From Lytechinus pictus (Eukaryota): a stretch of 64,000 bases of DNA. This document shows positions 39,001 through 54,000 of the stretch, piece after piece; position 1 is the first letter of the stretch; each line of letters starts with the position of its first letter. The notes below the pieces were generated by a model that saw only the letters and a list, made by a program, of their open reading frames with translations, searched no databases and had not been told where the DNA came from. A program made the translations under genes and the position numbers. The DNA is taken from contig NC_087245.1 in assembly GCF_037042905.1 (NCBI RefSeq), positions 23,252,001 through 23,316,000 on the forward strand, given 5' to 3'.

Positions 39001-42000
39001 TGAATGATATCAAATATGTATTGTGTAAAATTGGAAATTGGGAGAAATTGATGGCCAAACTCAGATTTCCAATTTTTTTTCTCTCATTTTGCAGCTTTTC
39101 AATTCAGACCTCATCCAACACTTGAATCCTGCTCTTTTTGTGATGACATGATCATAACAAGCATGGTATCACTTTAAAGTGAATTAAATGATCTTTTGAA
39201 TGATGTAAAATACGCATTGTGTAAAATTGGGAGTTGGGAGAAATTAACCCTTTGCGTGCGGACCCGCGAATCCCGATACCTCTCCCTGCGGCGGAGCCGT
39301 TTTGGTACATTGCTGGTATTTGGATCTGTGGCGGTGTTTTCCCAATCAATTGCTAATTTCGCCAAACTGATGTATTTTCAGGATTTTTAGTAAATGTAAA
39401 GATGAAAGATCAGACATTTTTCTTTCTAGAAATACAGGTTTCGCTTCTCAAATCAACAGAATAGTTAAAAAATTTATGAGGAAAAAGTCGTGTTATTTTG
39501 TAAAATCTTCGCTTTTCCCCCAAGTCAATAGGCACTGTGTACAAAAATGCGTAAGGGCAATCAGCACGCGCGGACAGGTCGGGTTCGATCGATACCGCTT
39601 TGTTGTCTGCTCTAGTGCTTTTTTTTTCATTGCCTATTTCCCCGCTACTCATGAATCGTCTCTTTACCTCCTTGTAGAGAGATCATTTCCAAAGTGTATA
39701 ATTACAACGATAATCCGTTTTGGGTGAAATCACAGCATACCAAATACCTTTATTTTCAAGAATGAACAAAAAAGCGCGAATTTTTCCTTGCAAGTGCGAT
39801 GATGATGATTTAACACCGCGCAACGAAAGTCCGAAACTATTTTGTGATTTTGGGGGGACTTCAAGACGGTGGCCTCAACGTTTCACTAAATATCGTCTTT
39901 GGTATCTTTTCATATATTATGGTTTGTATTAAAAAAAAATTGTTCCTGAAGATTACATACCAATATTCGAAATGTTTTCCGTTGCAATTTCAAAGAGTGA
40001 AGGGTGTAAATAAGTTTCAAATTATATAGTGGATCTGAAATCATACCTCCCAACGTTCTCCTCGTCTCGTTCTACATTTCATTTTTCTTTATCTTCTTTT
40101 CCCCTCCAAAATAACCATGCTACCGACTACTGTTCGTTACAATGAGAGAAAGTAAATTATTTTCATCTAATGAAATTGTAACATCTAAATTAAAAGTGTT
40201 TTATTATGTTCCTCCATTTTATTTTTTTTTACCGTTCTGGGTTTTTTCACAATCGAAAACAAAATTAATAAATCACTTTTTGTCTCTTTCTTTTTAATCG
40301 TTCACTTAAAACAGTACAGGGGTGTTGGAGTTGGTAGGAGGCGGGAGTCCACCCCCCCCCCCCCTTCAGGAAACGTATACAAAAAGGGGAAGTATTTCTT
40401 TTTTTATAAAGTGCTGTCATGCTCAAGAAGAAAACGTTCTTGCCATTTCTTAAGCGCCTGCATGGTTTGTCAATAAACAAGTAGACATTTACATTGTTTA
40501 AATGTTACTGTCGTAATATGAAAAGCAGTATTCCTAAGAGCTTTTTGTACTGCTAAATACGAAAAGCAGTAGGTCATCCTGACGAAATCACTAATCTATG
40601 GCTATTTGTTCCCTGCTCTTTTTATAAGGGATTTGTTTTAGCGTCCACATGACTTTCTTTTGTTTGGGGAGTGCCGAGATCAAGAACTACAAGGACGTTT
40701 TCATTTTCGAAAGAGAAGAGGATAAACGGTGTTCTAAATCGCTTTATTCTCTGTTTATTTCCTTTGAAATATAAAGAAGACAAAAATAATAACAATAAGA
40801 TGAGAGAATGAAAGAACGCAGGGGGTGGGTTTCAAAGTGCACCAGGGGCACTGGAAAGCTACTGAAATCATTCTATGTGACTGGCGGATGTTTTTTCCTT
40901 TTTTTTGGGGGGGGGGTTATTGCGCATTTGTCAATATAAAGTGCAGTAGTCTACATGTATTTAAAAACGGTACCAAGGGATTTTTTTTTCGTTTTCCCTT
41001 TCCCTGGTTTCTAACCTGTAACTGAATGTATTATCTACCGCTTTCATTCCCTTTCCTAAATCTAATGTATTTCTATATCCCCTCCCCTCTACACCTTTTT
41101 TCCCCTCTTAGTTCTTCTCATTTAAATGATATATGTATTGTCTTCCTTCTCCCCGATTTGGATTACGAGGTATGTACCCGCCCCACCCCCCTCTATCAAT
41201 TCTCTCTGATTTATTTCTTCTCAGTACCTGTCATTTTACATTACTTCTACCTCCCCCCCCCCCCTCTCTCTCTCTTCATCGGAAATCGTTTCGAGAGTAT
41301 GCCTCGATTTTGCCAACTTGTATTGATCAGAGATTGTTGCATTTGTGAGCCTCTCATCCTATTGCATCGTGGCCATCATGTCGAAAATTTAGGGGTGTTT
41401 TCTCCCAGATTCTCAAAAAAAGTCCCGAAAAACCTTTTAAAACAACTACAATATTGTAATTGTCATTTCACAATAAATTCTATATCATCTTCCATTTCCA
41501 ATAACGTGGGTAGATATCTATCGCAAAAGAAAATGCACGACTAATCTATTTTTTGTGAACTTGGGGCTTAGGGATATGGCAAGACAGAGGCCTCCATTTT
41601 TCACTAAAAGTCATTTAAAAAAAGATTTTTTCGTAAATTATATGTCTCATTTAATTCGATTTGCCACGCAGCTATTGTAATAGTAAAATAATTTTCTTCC
41701 TGAAGTTTGCGCACCAGTATTCGATTGGTAATATCTTGAAATTATTTCAAAGTTACACGGGTACGAGTGACTAAAATTGTAAATCTGAAATCATGTCTCC
41801 CGACTCTCTCCTTGTCACTTTCTATGTTTCTTTATTTTACTTTTCCCTCAAAAAGAGCCATGCTAGCAACTACTAAAAGTAAGAGAAATTATTTTTTCTT
41901 AAATAAATTATAACATCTGCAATTAAAAGGTGTTTTTTATTTGTTCTTTCGTTTTGTTCTATTTTTTATTTGTCTCCTTGATTTCACAACCAAAAACACA

Positions 42001-45000
42001 TGAAGTAATAATGGTAATAAATAAATCATTAAAACAAATCATAATAGTAATAGTATGCAGCGCTTAGAAACATTTATATTTAGCGCTATATAAATGTTGC
42101 ATATTATTATTATTATTATTATTATTATATAATTCACTTTTGCCTCTATTGTTTTAATCGTTCAATCTAATAGTACAGAAGCGGCGGAGTTGGTAGGAAG
42201 TTTCAGTCCTCTCCCCTTCAGCAAACATGTACAAAAAAATCCGAAGTCTATATAAATTTGTAATTTTTCTTTTGGCCGGTCCACTCCCTCCAACTATCGG
42301 CTCAACCCCTCCATTATCAAAAATGCTCAGCGGCCCCCGTTTTTTATGTAAGAAATAAGATATTTTGGTTTTGATGTTAACCAGGGTAAGCGACCCAAAT
42401 TTTTGTTTGCAGTAACGGGAACAAAAACGGGTGGGTCGGATTTTTTCTAAATGAATTTTTTCTACCACGCTTTTCGCCGGTTAAAAAAATAAGAAATTGG
42501 CGAAAAAAAGCAGAAAATCGGAGAGAGGAGACAAACAAGCAATATTAGAGTGCAGATCAGAACATTTCTATCTGGAGGGGGGAAGGGGTATGTCAAACAA
42601 GAATAATAAAAAAGTCATCAGTTTGACAAGGGTCTGAGGACCGAGTTGCGACAAACAAACGTTGTGGGATTTTTTTTTGTAATCTATAAGCAAAAATAAA
42701 GTCATGTTGTTATTCGTTTAAGTGGATATTCATGGATTTTAGCAAAGCGCACTTGTCTATTAACCCTTTTATTCTCTGTCTCTCATTCTTTGTCGTTCTC
42801 CGTGACATCTGAACATTTTTTTTCTACAATTTCCCTAAATGGTTCTTCTTTCATCCTTTATTATGCATCATCACCAAGGGAAAGCGCTTTGAATCACTGA
42901 CGGATGTCATAAGCACCTACGAGTTGTTGGTAAATGAGACAAAGTTTGTTGTTTTTAGTTCCGGTATGTTGGTCGAAAAAATAAAAGTATTCATAAAAGC
43001 TTTTTGTATTGCTAAGTACGAAAAGCATTAAATAAGTCATCCTCTCGATAAACACTAATCTTCCTTTTGTTCGGGGCGTTGACCATCTGTATCCTGCTCT
43101 TTTCGGAAGGATTTTGTTTGAGTGGCCGCCCTGACCTTCTTTTGTTCGGGTAGTGCGGATATCATGAAAAACATGGGCGTTTCCCTTTTGAAAAGAGCCT
43201 AAGATGAATGGTGCGCTAAACTGCTTTCTTTTCTCTTTTTTTTACGGAATAGTAGACAAAAATAATGAGAAGAAGAGAGATGATCGTATTATGGGGAATG
43301 AAAAAGTTTAAAAGTGTACCGAGATCAGCTCAAAGTACTAAGACATTACTCTCGTACAAGCTTTTTTGTTTTTCTGAAAATACAATCGATCGATGAAACC
43401 GAGGAGATATCATTCTAGAGTGAAATCTCCTTGATGAAACAAATAATAAGACGAAAATGGTGAATAAACGCGTAGCATATTATGTGACGATCTTGCAGAA
43501 AAGATGTTGGTGTACGATATGGATCAAATCACGTGATCCGAACATGTCACGTGATCAGGCCTTTTGCGCGCGCGTACGTGCTCGTCACCAAATTTATTCG
43601 TCCCCGTCTGAATCCAACGGAAAAATCGGGTAAAGTTGAAATGATTTCCTATTTTCGGGATTTTTCCCCACGTAGCTGTATATTGTTTTCATTCTGTTAT
43701 CGAAATAGGTTTATAAAGGAAATAATGGCAGAGGTTTTAGTACATAACAATTACGAAAAAGCTGAAAAACTTCATCGAATTAGACCCAAAAAATCTCGGC
43801 TTCTGTAGAAGCCCGTCGTAGCTAAGTGAACGACTCGCTGGGCTTCTGTGGAAGCCCGTCGCACGCAAAGGGTTAATGGCCAAACACAGATTTCCAAACT
43901 TTTTTTGAGGGGTTTACTTATACATGTACCTCTGCACACTGATGTATTTTCTTTAATTCAGGTATTTTATTGAGTCATCTTAGCAGTGATCAGCCAGCCT
44001 ATGTATATGCTTCATTGTGTCATCTTCAGTGGCTCATAGACAGGCTACCTCAGGGAATCACTAAATACTACAAGAAGTTCTATTGCAAGTAAGTCATCAG
44101 ATTCTCTCCTGTGTCTGAATGTCTGTCTGGCTCTCTCATTCTTACGTTTTCTTGTTGTAAGTGCCCTGGACCATTTTGGGAATAGCGCAGTACATAAATA
44201 ATAATAGTAATAGTAATAATAATAATAATGATGATAATGATAATAATGATGATGATGATGATAATAATAATAATGATAATATTGATAATAATAATGAATA
44301 TTATTATTATAATGATTTTCACCTGAAAATAGTTCCTGCTTCTGGGAGTATCTGACAGAATTGATTCATGTAATTATTTTTCATAATTCAATTAATTTTT
44401 GATTGTTCAATTATTTTCAGCCTTTCTCATACAAGTATCTCTTCTGATGATTTGTTGTTGTTGCTGTTGCTTTCTAGACTTTAGCTGGGTTTTGGATTTC
44501 ATACTGAATGTAATAAAGCTTTTATTCTTTTTATTTTTTCAGGTACAACGAGCCTGTATATCTAAGATGCAAGAGGATTGATCTCCTTGTTCAACTCATC
44601 ACTGAGGCTAATGTTAATGACATTATAGGAGAATTAAGGTAACACCCTTTTAAGAGGTTTATTGATTTATGGATCTATGTAATTGTTTTGGATTTTTTAA
44701 ACTAAGGAGCTCACATAATTTTGGAGTTTACCTTTTAAGTATGTCAGACAGAAGGATTTGTAATGTAAACTTATTGTAAATCCTTTTAAAATAAAGTTTG
44801 TTTAAAATAGTATACATCCGAAGAATCAAAAGTATTTTATAATGACTTTATGTGGTCATCATTGTAAAGGGGAAGTATTACTAATCAGATATATAACTTC
44901 ACTTTTCAAAATAGTGATCAGAGTTTGCAGAAATCAGCTCTCAAAAATGATTTATTTTCATGCCATATTTCTGCCTTCCACCGGTCCTCTTGCGAGCTCC

Positions 45001-48000
45001 AGCTGAGTGACGTCACACAATGAGCAGAGCAGCTGAGCTGACAGCAGCCCATTGGAGACGATCTTTCCAATCAGCGTTTTTTGCTCTTAGAATTGTTTAT
45101 TGCTCTTAATATTGGTCTTGTTATATAGATAAAAGTTTGAATTTACTGAACAGTGAAAAAAAGTGCACATTTAACGTATTTTGGTAACCGATATTTAGCT
45201 TAGAAATTTTTTTTTTCCAAGAAATATATGTGAATAAACAAAGCATATTTTCACGTAGAAATCTCACTTGCGTCACATTAATATTATAATCAATATAAAG
45301 CATAGACATTCTTCTTTATGACTGAACAAAAATTATGAAATTTCATTAAGTAGCAAAGTCAGGAACCACAAAAAAAACACGGCAATATCCATCGCGAAAT
45401 GACTGAAATTGCAGTTGAATTGCCGAAGCATTATTAGGCAAACGCGGCGAGCGGACTTTATTTCATATATCTTAAAAATGCCATTCCGGTAAGGCAATGG
45501 TCTGTGGCCAAATGCGTTGGCCATTGTTTTGTCATGTGCGAGGACCCTGGTTCGAAACTCGTATTTTTTGGGGGGGGCATTTTTTTTTTATTCCTTCCCC
45601 GTCCCTACCCATCTTTTTTTCTCTTTTTATTTTCTTGTGAAATTCTATTCAGACCTGTATTTATCAAATCTTGCTTCTTAATTGCTGCTTTTGATTTCCA
45701 AGTTCTTGATTAGATTATTTCTACTCTTATTTGGGATGGGAGGGGTAGAGTAAAAAGTCAAGTCCACATCAACTAAAAATTATTTGAATAGAGTAATTTC
45801 CCTTGTTGTTTTTACTCAAAACAGTCATACACACAAAACAATGATATGCAAATTAGAGTTGTCACTCACATCACATTCGTTTCTATTTTTTGTGGCATTT
45901 TGTTTTTTATTCTTTGCAGATTTGACGATAGGAAAGTAACTCTTCATCTGATCACGTAAAATAGGTTATATTTACGGAACTGTTAAAATAGTAATTATAT
46001 AAATTTGAATCAAAGTTTTTATGAAATTTCCTGCAATATCTTGTTATTTTTCTTTAAATTCAAATGAATTTTTGATTGCGTGGACTTCTCCTTTACTCTT
46101 AATGTAGGGAATGCATAGCAAAATTTATCCAGACACAAAATTGTATTAGAATATGCAAATCAGTAATTGGACACATGTTCACTTTTCTTTCATCCAGGCC
46201 ACTTCCTCACATCCACCAGGCTTTCAGTCTTATAACAAAAATGATGAACCATCACACAACAGCACACAACATTCACAGTGCTTCACAATAAATATTTCAC
46301 TTCTGTTCATACATGCAATAAATATTGTGGAAAACAAATAAAAGGCGTACCCATATTCAAATACCGTTTAAAAGGACAAATATATTATACCTTTCGAGAA
46401 AAATCAGCACGTTGAATATCTGATAACAAAACATAATTATGGGGCACTGCAAGAAACTTATGTTCAATTGCAAATCAAGCGTAAGTCTTAAATTCAAATT
46501 CAAGCGTAATAAGGTCGAGTTGCAATCGCAATTCAACTACATGTTTAATCAAAGGACTTACCCTTGATTTGGGACGTGTGATTGAGTATAACATTTCTCG
46601 CAAAATGCCCTAGTAACATTAAAATTGTTCTTTCGTTTTAAATTGTGTGTTATTATTTTTGACAAGCTGTATTCCTGTCCAAGTCAAATTTCTTAGTTCT
46701 CTCCAAAACTATGCTCAAAATTGTTTCCAAGATTGATAAAGAAAATTTTTCTTTTGTATCATTATCAGTCCACAACTTGCAAACCGTAGGTCCTGGAAAG
46801 AGTGAAGAAAAAAATGGCTATATCCAAATCATAGTAAAAGGACATGATGGAATCTCCCAGATTGAGGTAGCAAGCAGAGACCAGAAGTCACCAGAGTCAG
46901 CAATTGTGCAGATCTGTGTGTAGAAGAGAGAAAAAAAAGAAATAGTTTAAATAATCAAATCAAAGTATGAATTTAATTATCGTGATGATTGATGACGTGC
47001 GGTGGCATGTAATTCCCGGTCAACAACAAATGATAGTAGGTTAAGACACCTGAAAAGTTCCACTCAGAACACTGGTGCTCTACCTCAAGTGATGTTTGTG
47101 TAAGCCCCACTCCACTTCACTACCGCTACACTACCGTACATGTACGCCACACCTACCCGGGTAGGTGTGTAGCGTAGTGTAGGCTGTAGCAGTAGTGAAG
47201 TGGAGACTACACGAACATCACTTGAGGTACGGTGCTCTCTGAGTCTCTGTGTCATTACAAAGATTGCATTTATCTTCATTGTTGAAGGCATTACGCATGC
47301 ATATATGCAGCAACACTCTAATCAGAAAGAAACACCAGACTCTAATTTTGGCCCACCCAAGGGTTCATTACATGCCGCCGCGCAAAGAAAATTCAAGCCA
47401 TAGAAGTCGTGTGTTGTGGACCCAAGAAGTGAGATCCCAGCACGCGTGACCCACTAGTTAGAAATCCACTGCCAAACGCGGTTCGTGGTGCGAGGTTAGT
47501 ATACTAATACTAACCTCGCAATACGTGTGAGTGATTTTGGCCAGGAATCAGGGTAATCACTGCTGAAAATTTGTCTGGCTTCATGACATCGGCATCATGG
47601 TGATATATTTCTGTGTATAATAAAAACTTAAACATTCCTCTGAAACAGCAGATTTTCAGCCATGGTCCATACCAGTGCTCCTAAATAATTTAATCGCCTG
47701 CCTGAGTCCTGACCAGTTTTAGAAATCTGAAGAAAAAATCTGCTGGAATTGTGCAAAAACATTATTTCTAAAATAAAGACTTTTTAATTTTAATAGTATA
47801 CGCCAAAATGCATGATTCTAAACTTATATCAGATCTGTATCTGTCATCTGACCTGAATGCATCGTCAGAACAAGTACAGTTTCCAAACATGCTTACCTTG
47901 ACTTTTGACTGGATCAAACAGCGTAACCTGCAACATGCATCGGGAGCAAGTGAATGGGACCGTGCAGCTTGGAGTTTTTCAATAGTTAGTAGAGCAACAC

Positions 48001-51000
48001 AACGAAGACTGTCGAGTGGACAAAATCGATCTTTCCAGTTCACAATTCAATAAAAACTGGGCAAAATAACACAGTTCTGGTTCCCTTATAGTCTGAAGTT
48101 GTCGAAAACAGAATTCGGATATCACAATACATGAAGAAAACGGTAAATTCGAAGAAAAATAGAGACCAGGAAGGTGAATCAGCTATCAGTGTACTGCTGG
48201 CTTGCACAGAGCTAGCTAGAGAGCGGCTGAGTGAGTCGATCATCATGTGACGTCATTATTCTCGACTGGATTTGATCACGTTTAGTGTGTGTCTGGGGGG
48301 CTGAGAAGGGTCTCTAATAATTTCATTTCTTGCATTTCCACGACATCAATAAGACTTTTTAGTGACATATTTGTGTATAAAAAGACAAGACCTTTCCATT
48401 CATATATAATTTGTCTATAATCATCACTTTCGTGAATTTTCTTTGGATGTATACTTTAAAATACTTTATTTTTATTCTAATTTGTTTATCATTATTTGAT
48501 ATGTCGCTGACACTAATCAATGTTCTGCATCTGAAGGTTATTTTTACCTTGAATCACTGTATCCATTTACTGTTTGCAGATTAATGTTTTGAGGTTTGAT
48601 ATTTAATGATAATTTTGTATACATGTGTGTATACATGTATATACTTACATGTATATCGATGTCCATACATATCAATCCACATCTATCAATATCAATATTT
48701 TCGTACAGGCTGTGTGACCTTGATCCAGTACATTCTTGTACCGGTAACTGTTTGTTTGTACTTTAACATGCCTTTGAGCTGCATGTATGATACTTATTGG
48801 TAGTATTATGTTTACATCTACATCAATATCTACCTGCACATCAACACCAATAACATCTATGTACATCAATAACTACATCGAGATGTATATTAATATTTTA
48901 AGCCTGAGGTTATATTTATTGAGTGTACATACTGAACTTACATATATCTACATCAACATGTATAACAACAACAACTGTACATCAATATCTACATCTATCT
49001 ATATTAATATTTTTGCATCCAGTACATGTACATCTTTCTATTGGTTGTTTGTGCTTTACGCCCTTGATACCACTGTATTTACATCTGTACATCAATATCT
49101 ACATACATATCAACATGTACATGTAACATCACTAACTGCATCTATCAATATCATTATTTAATACATATGTCTGACCTTGATCCAATACACCGTTGCATTG
49201 TTTGCTTAAGTACTCATATGCCTTTGAGGTACGTTATTCATTGACTGTATTGTATTTACATTAATCTACATCAATAGATACATGTATATCAACACCAATA
49301 CCCATGTGCATCAACATCTACATCTATCAATATTAATATTTTGCATGTAAAGGGTATTTGACCTTGATCAGGTACATCCCTGGGTTTACATTTATCTACA
49401 TCAATAGTTACATAGATGTATTTCAGCATTAATATCCGTGCACATCAATATTCACATATAGATATCGATATTTTCTTGCATTGACATGTACAGTAATGCA
49501 TGTTTGACCTTGATGAGGTAAATTGTTTATGTGTTTGTACTTACATGTATACATGCCTTTTGAGGTATTGCATTTACATTTATCGACATTAATATCTCTG
49601 CATACTAATATCAACACCAACATCCATGTACATAAACATCTATATCAATATTCTTGCACAATATATTAAAAGGCTGTTAGACCTTGATCCATTACATCCT
49701 TGTATTTAATTGTACAATGTGCCTTACATATTCAGTGTATCTTAAAACTGTAGACATGCAAGAATATTACTGCGTTATTCAAAGCTGTGTGTGTTATTTC
49801 CAGAAGACAGGACAGTCTTTTTAATAATTCCTTTTTTTTTGTTTTTAACTATGTATTTTGCAGATTCTAGTCTTATATTTGAAAAGACACATTGTTATAA
49901 TTCCAATTTTCCATGTTATAATCCTTATAATTCTGCATTTCTTTGTTTGTTTGTTTGTTTTCTTGTTTTATTCAAGATTGTTATCTTCAACTGTTGTTGC
50001 CCCCCTCTTAGTTAGGTGTTATTCGATATCTTTTTTTTTTTTTCTTCTTCTTCTCTTTCTTCCTCCTTTCTTTGACTTCTGTTTATGTACCTACATTTAC
50101 ATGTCTAGCCGTACATCATGTTGTACTTGTGAAATTATATGTGACCAAAACCATAGTCAAGCCGACTCATATGATTTTATATGTTCCATTTGTAATGGAA
50201 AAATCTTTCCTTTTAACCATATTATTGAAGATGATGAGTTTTTATGGGCACTACAACAGTTTTTTCATATGAATAAGAGTATTCCATATGCTAATGTTCA
50301 AAATTACCCAAAATTCTCTACGTTGTAGAGGAATTAAGCTGTGGAATGATTTAAATAATGATATTAAACAAAGCAAAACCCTAAATAAGTTTAAAAAACT
50401 CTTGAAAGTTGAATGTTTTGCTCAGTATAAAAACTCCTGCCAATACATGTAGCACACTGTAGGTCACTATGATTTATAATTATTACTTCTAGTTTGCTTA
50501 TTTGTTTGTTTATTTCCCCTATGTTAGCCCATTGTTTCTTGTTATTTGTTGTTCACTCTTTATGTATGTACTATATTAATTTGTATTTCATTGTACCATG
50601 GTGGTGCCCCACTCACAAGTTTTTTTTAATGAAAACTTCTAGGGGCTCCCAATCCCATGTTTTTTTACCTAACTTGTATATACCTGTATTTTTATGATTG
50701 ATTGATTGAAATAAATTTTGAATTTTGAATTGAATATGTCGTTATAGCTTGCATGTTTTGATTGTCTTCCTCATTTTATTTTCCTATATATACAAGTATT
50801 CATTGGTACAGTACATTTATTAATGATTACATTATCTATTCTGTATGATTAGTGTTGTTTGTATATTTATTGATTTACTTTTATTCTCATCTTTATTTAG
50901 ATTTCATATTGTAATTCATTCAATCATTTCTTTGTCTTGGTTCATTTATATTGCATTTTAACATGATTTTATTTTTATTTTTAGGAGAAATGATGATGGT

Positions 51001-54000
51001 CCCTCTTTTCTTTCTCTCCCTTTTTTCTATATTTTACGCTATCAATGTTGCAAGACCTGTATTTCTTTTACTTTTGCCCATGAAGTTCTCATATCCTGTA
51101 ATTATTTCTACTCAAACTTTTTGTTTCCTTAGTGCTTACTGCATTGATGTATGTACTAAGTTTGGAAAGCATGCTGTACAAGCCATGGGTTCTATATCTC
51201 AACTAAATCCAGCGTACTTAGCGACATGTATGGATGCTATACTTCGTCTTCTTCACCTTGGAATTGACCGAGTTTCTTCAGCAGTTTTCATCGAGATGCA
51301 AGGTATTTACTGTTCTGACTCAAAGATATTATTTCAATATTATATTCCTTTACTTCACTTCATAGCAGCAAAAATTTTCACATAATAAATAACCAGAGAC
51401 AGATCATTTCAGGAAGTTCCTACATATAGTGGGTTGGATTTTCATTCTTTATAGAATTGCAAACATATGAATTTTCGAAACATTACAACAAATGTGAAAT
51501 TATGAAGAGCAAGGTAGATTAGGGAGAGAGAGAGAGAGAAAGAGCTTTGCACAAATGAATGAATTCTGGTTTTCCCTTTGCTTCTCAACACACAGTGCGT
51601 AGCTTTAAATATTTTCCCCCTATTTTTTGCTTTATCCTCTTCTAGAATTGCTATCCATTGAAGGGAAGTATCAAGAATATGTTGATCAAGTGTTAGATTT
51701 TATTCCAGGCTGTTGGTCTAATATAGATGATGAGGATGGCAGATGTGCGATGATTTTTCTTGTAGGCCACCATGGACAGGTAGGTTTATAATATATTCTG
51801 AGTGACACGACACTTGCTCCTGCGACAATTGCTTTGGGCTTAATTTTGTCTAAGATGTAGGGTCATTCGATTAGTGTGTGGAATATAGAGCGGAGTAATT
51901 GTCGCCGGAGCAAATGTCATGGAACCATATTCTGAAGGGGTGGAGGGGAGGGGGGGGGGATGCTGTTTCATAAATCTGTTCATAATTTGCACAGTACTTT
52001 TCAAGTGACTGGACTAGAACATATTCTTCGGTGTTAAATACCCATCGGTTTAGTCGAGTTATGATCTTCGTAGATTAGAATTCTTTTTGTTTAGAAGCAG
52101 TTAAATGCAAAAAAAAATTATTTGTCAAAATTTATTTAGGGTTACAAGAATGTAAATCTCACTTTGTTTAAATGGCAGGGTAAAATATGGGTATTCAAAT
52201 TTAGCATGTTTTTGGCCTTTAACTTTCATCTTAAAGTATACAAGCTGTACATGGGCGAAAGAAAATGTGCAGTTAACAAATAGTTCCTGAATATTTAAAG
52301 TGTGTACAATAATAGTCACACCCCTTCTAGGTACACCGAGACCAAATGCCATAAAATCATCCATTATATTTTCTCTATTTTGTTATTTCATTTTTTAGAG
52401 ATTGCAAGATGCTCCCTACCTCCTTGAGAGTGCAATTGATAGTGTAATGGAGGAATCCAGTCTTGAGGTCAAAGGTCATCTACTGAGTGCAATCACCAAG
52501 TTATTCTTCACCCGCCCTGCAGAATGCCAAGATACGCTTGCTACATTGCTGCACCATTGCATAGGTAAGAGCTGTGTATTGTTATTGCTGTGACATAGAA
52601 ATCAATTTGTATGAGGGCTTTTTCCAGCTTCTGGGGAGCTTTTCATAAAACGAATAGTCCGTGATTTTCACTGACAACTGCTATCAGCTAGTACAAATCC
52701 TTGCTTTTGATTGGCTGAGAGCGTGAGTGAAAGACCTAAAGGCTGAATTCTCAAAGAGAATTTGGAATCTGTGGTTTGATAACATTTCTTAATACTGATT
52801 TCATGCATTACTTGCGCATGAATCAGCGGATATATTGAAGAAGCGTCCAATAATGACACAGTCAATGTCGTTGTCAACATTGAAAGCTTAAAGGACAAGT
52901 CTACTTCCCCCCCCAAAAAAAATGATTTGAATAAAAATAGAAAAACCCAACAAGCATAACCCTGAAAATTGGATGTAAAATAAGAAAGTTATGACAATTT
53001 TAAGTTTTGCTTAATTTCACAAAACAGTGATATGCACATCCTGTTCGGTATACAAATGAGGGGACTGAAGACATCACTCACTCACTATTTCTTTTGTTTT
53101 ACATTTCATAAAATATGAAATATTCTAATTTTAACCTCATTGTCCTGTGAAACAAAATTTTATTCCTCCCTGAACATGTGGCATTTTCAATGTTTTAACA
53201 TTTCATGGTTCAATTAAGTTGGTCCTTAATGTCAAATTGGTAAAATTTGAAAAATTGTATAATTCAAGCAATAAAAAACAAAAGAAATAGTGATTGATGG
53301 ACATAATAAACTTTCTCATTAGCATGTCATTGAGTTGTGAATATAACTGTTTTGTGAAAAATAGCGAAACTTTAAAATGTCATTTTCTTATTTTACATCC
53401 AGTTTTGATCAAATGTTCAGCATTATGCTCATTTGATTTTTCTCTATTTATTTGAATCAACATTTGTCTTGGGTGGACTTGTATATGGACCTATTTATGA
53501 GACGTGGATATATTAGGGTTATGAAGTGTCACTGATCATCTGGCATGAGTTGCAGGTCACATGATTCAGATGCAGATCACATTGGTTACCTCTCAATAAC
53601 AATCAATTTTCTTGAGATTCAGTGAACGATGAATAATGCTCCCTGAAGGAAGTTGGAGATGAGTTCCTTCATGTATTTGTGTGCTCTCTTTAGTAAAGAC
53701 AGACCAATATACAGACCCAAAGAATATTTTATAAGACCCTGTGCTTACCAAATGTGTAGATTGTTAAGTGTCTAGTTGTAAGGTACCATTTAATTTTTTT
53801 TAAATAAAATTCATATAATGGTAATGTACTTCTCTAAATCATTTAATGGTAAAAGGTTTCTTGTTAATAAAACAGTTACCAGAGTGTCTGTAACTACTAG
53901 AAGTGGCAGGGTGGTTAAACGTCCAATGTGTTTACAATGTAATTGTGCCAGATATGAATAGATGAAGTTCATGGTGGGTGTTATAATTGTTGTAATATTA

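Larger units (their letters stand above)
38140..43920. mobile_element. Non-autonomous Tc1/mariner-like element with subterminal tandem units, interrupted by the piggyBac-type element
   Basis: taaactcctcaaaaaaagttt (38143) / aaactttttttgaggggttta (~43896-43916); ~243-bp tandem units at 38171 and 38413, and inverted ~200-bp units at ~38890 and ~39088. Confidence 0.6.

Noticed and set aside
44080..44355. Poly-I and poly-N/D ORFs
   Set aside because: (AAT/GAT)n microsatellite.
45495..45565. tRNA-like A box and B box (GGTTCGAAAC at 45549)
   Set aside because: No convincing cloverleaf or acceptor stem; at most a decayed tRNA-derived SINE head inside a repeat.
46700..48250. Exon-like minus-strand blocks (acceptor ~46915, donor ~47897)
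   Set aside because: Stops in all plausible joins; more likely the decayed interior of the surrounding TIR element than a nested gene.
52397..52400. Alternative acceptor (tagAG) at AP4B1 coding exon 12
   Set aside because: The second AG shifts the frame by 2 nt; only 52398/52399 keeps phase.
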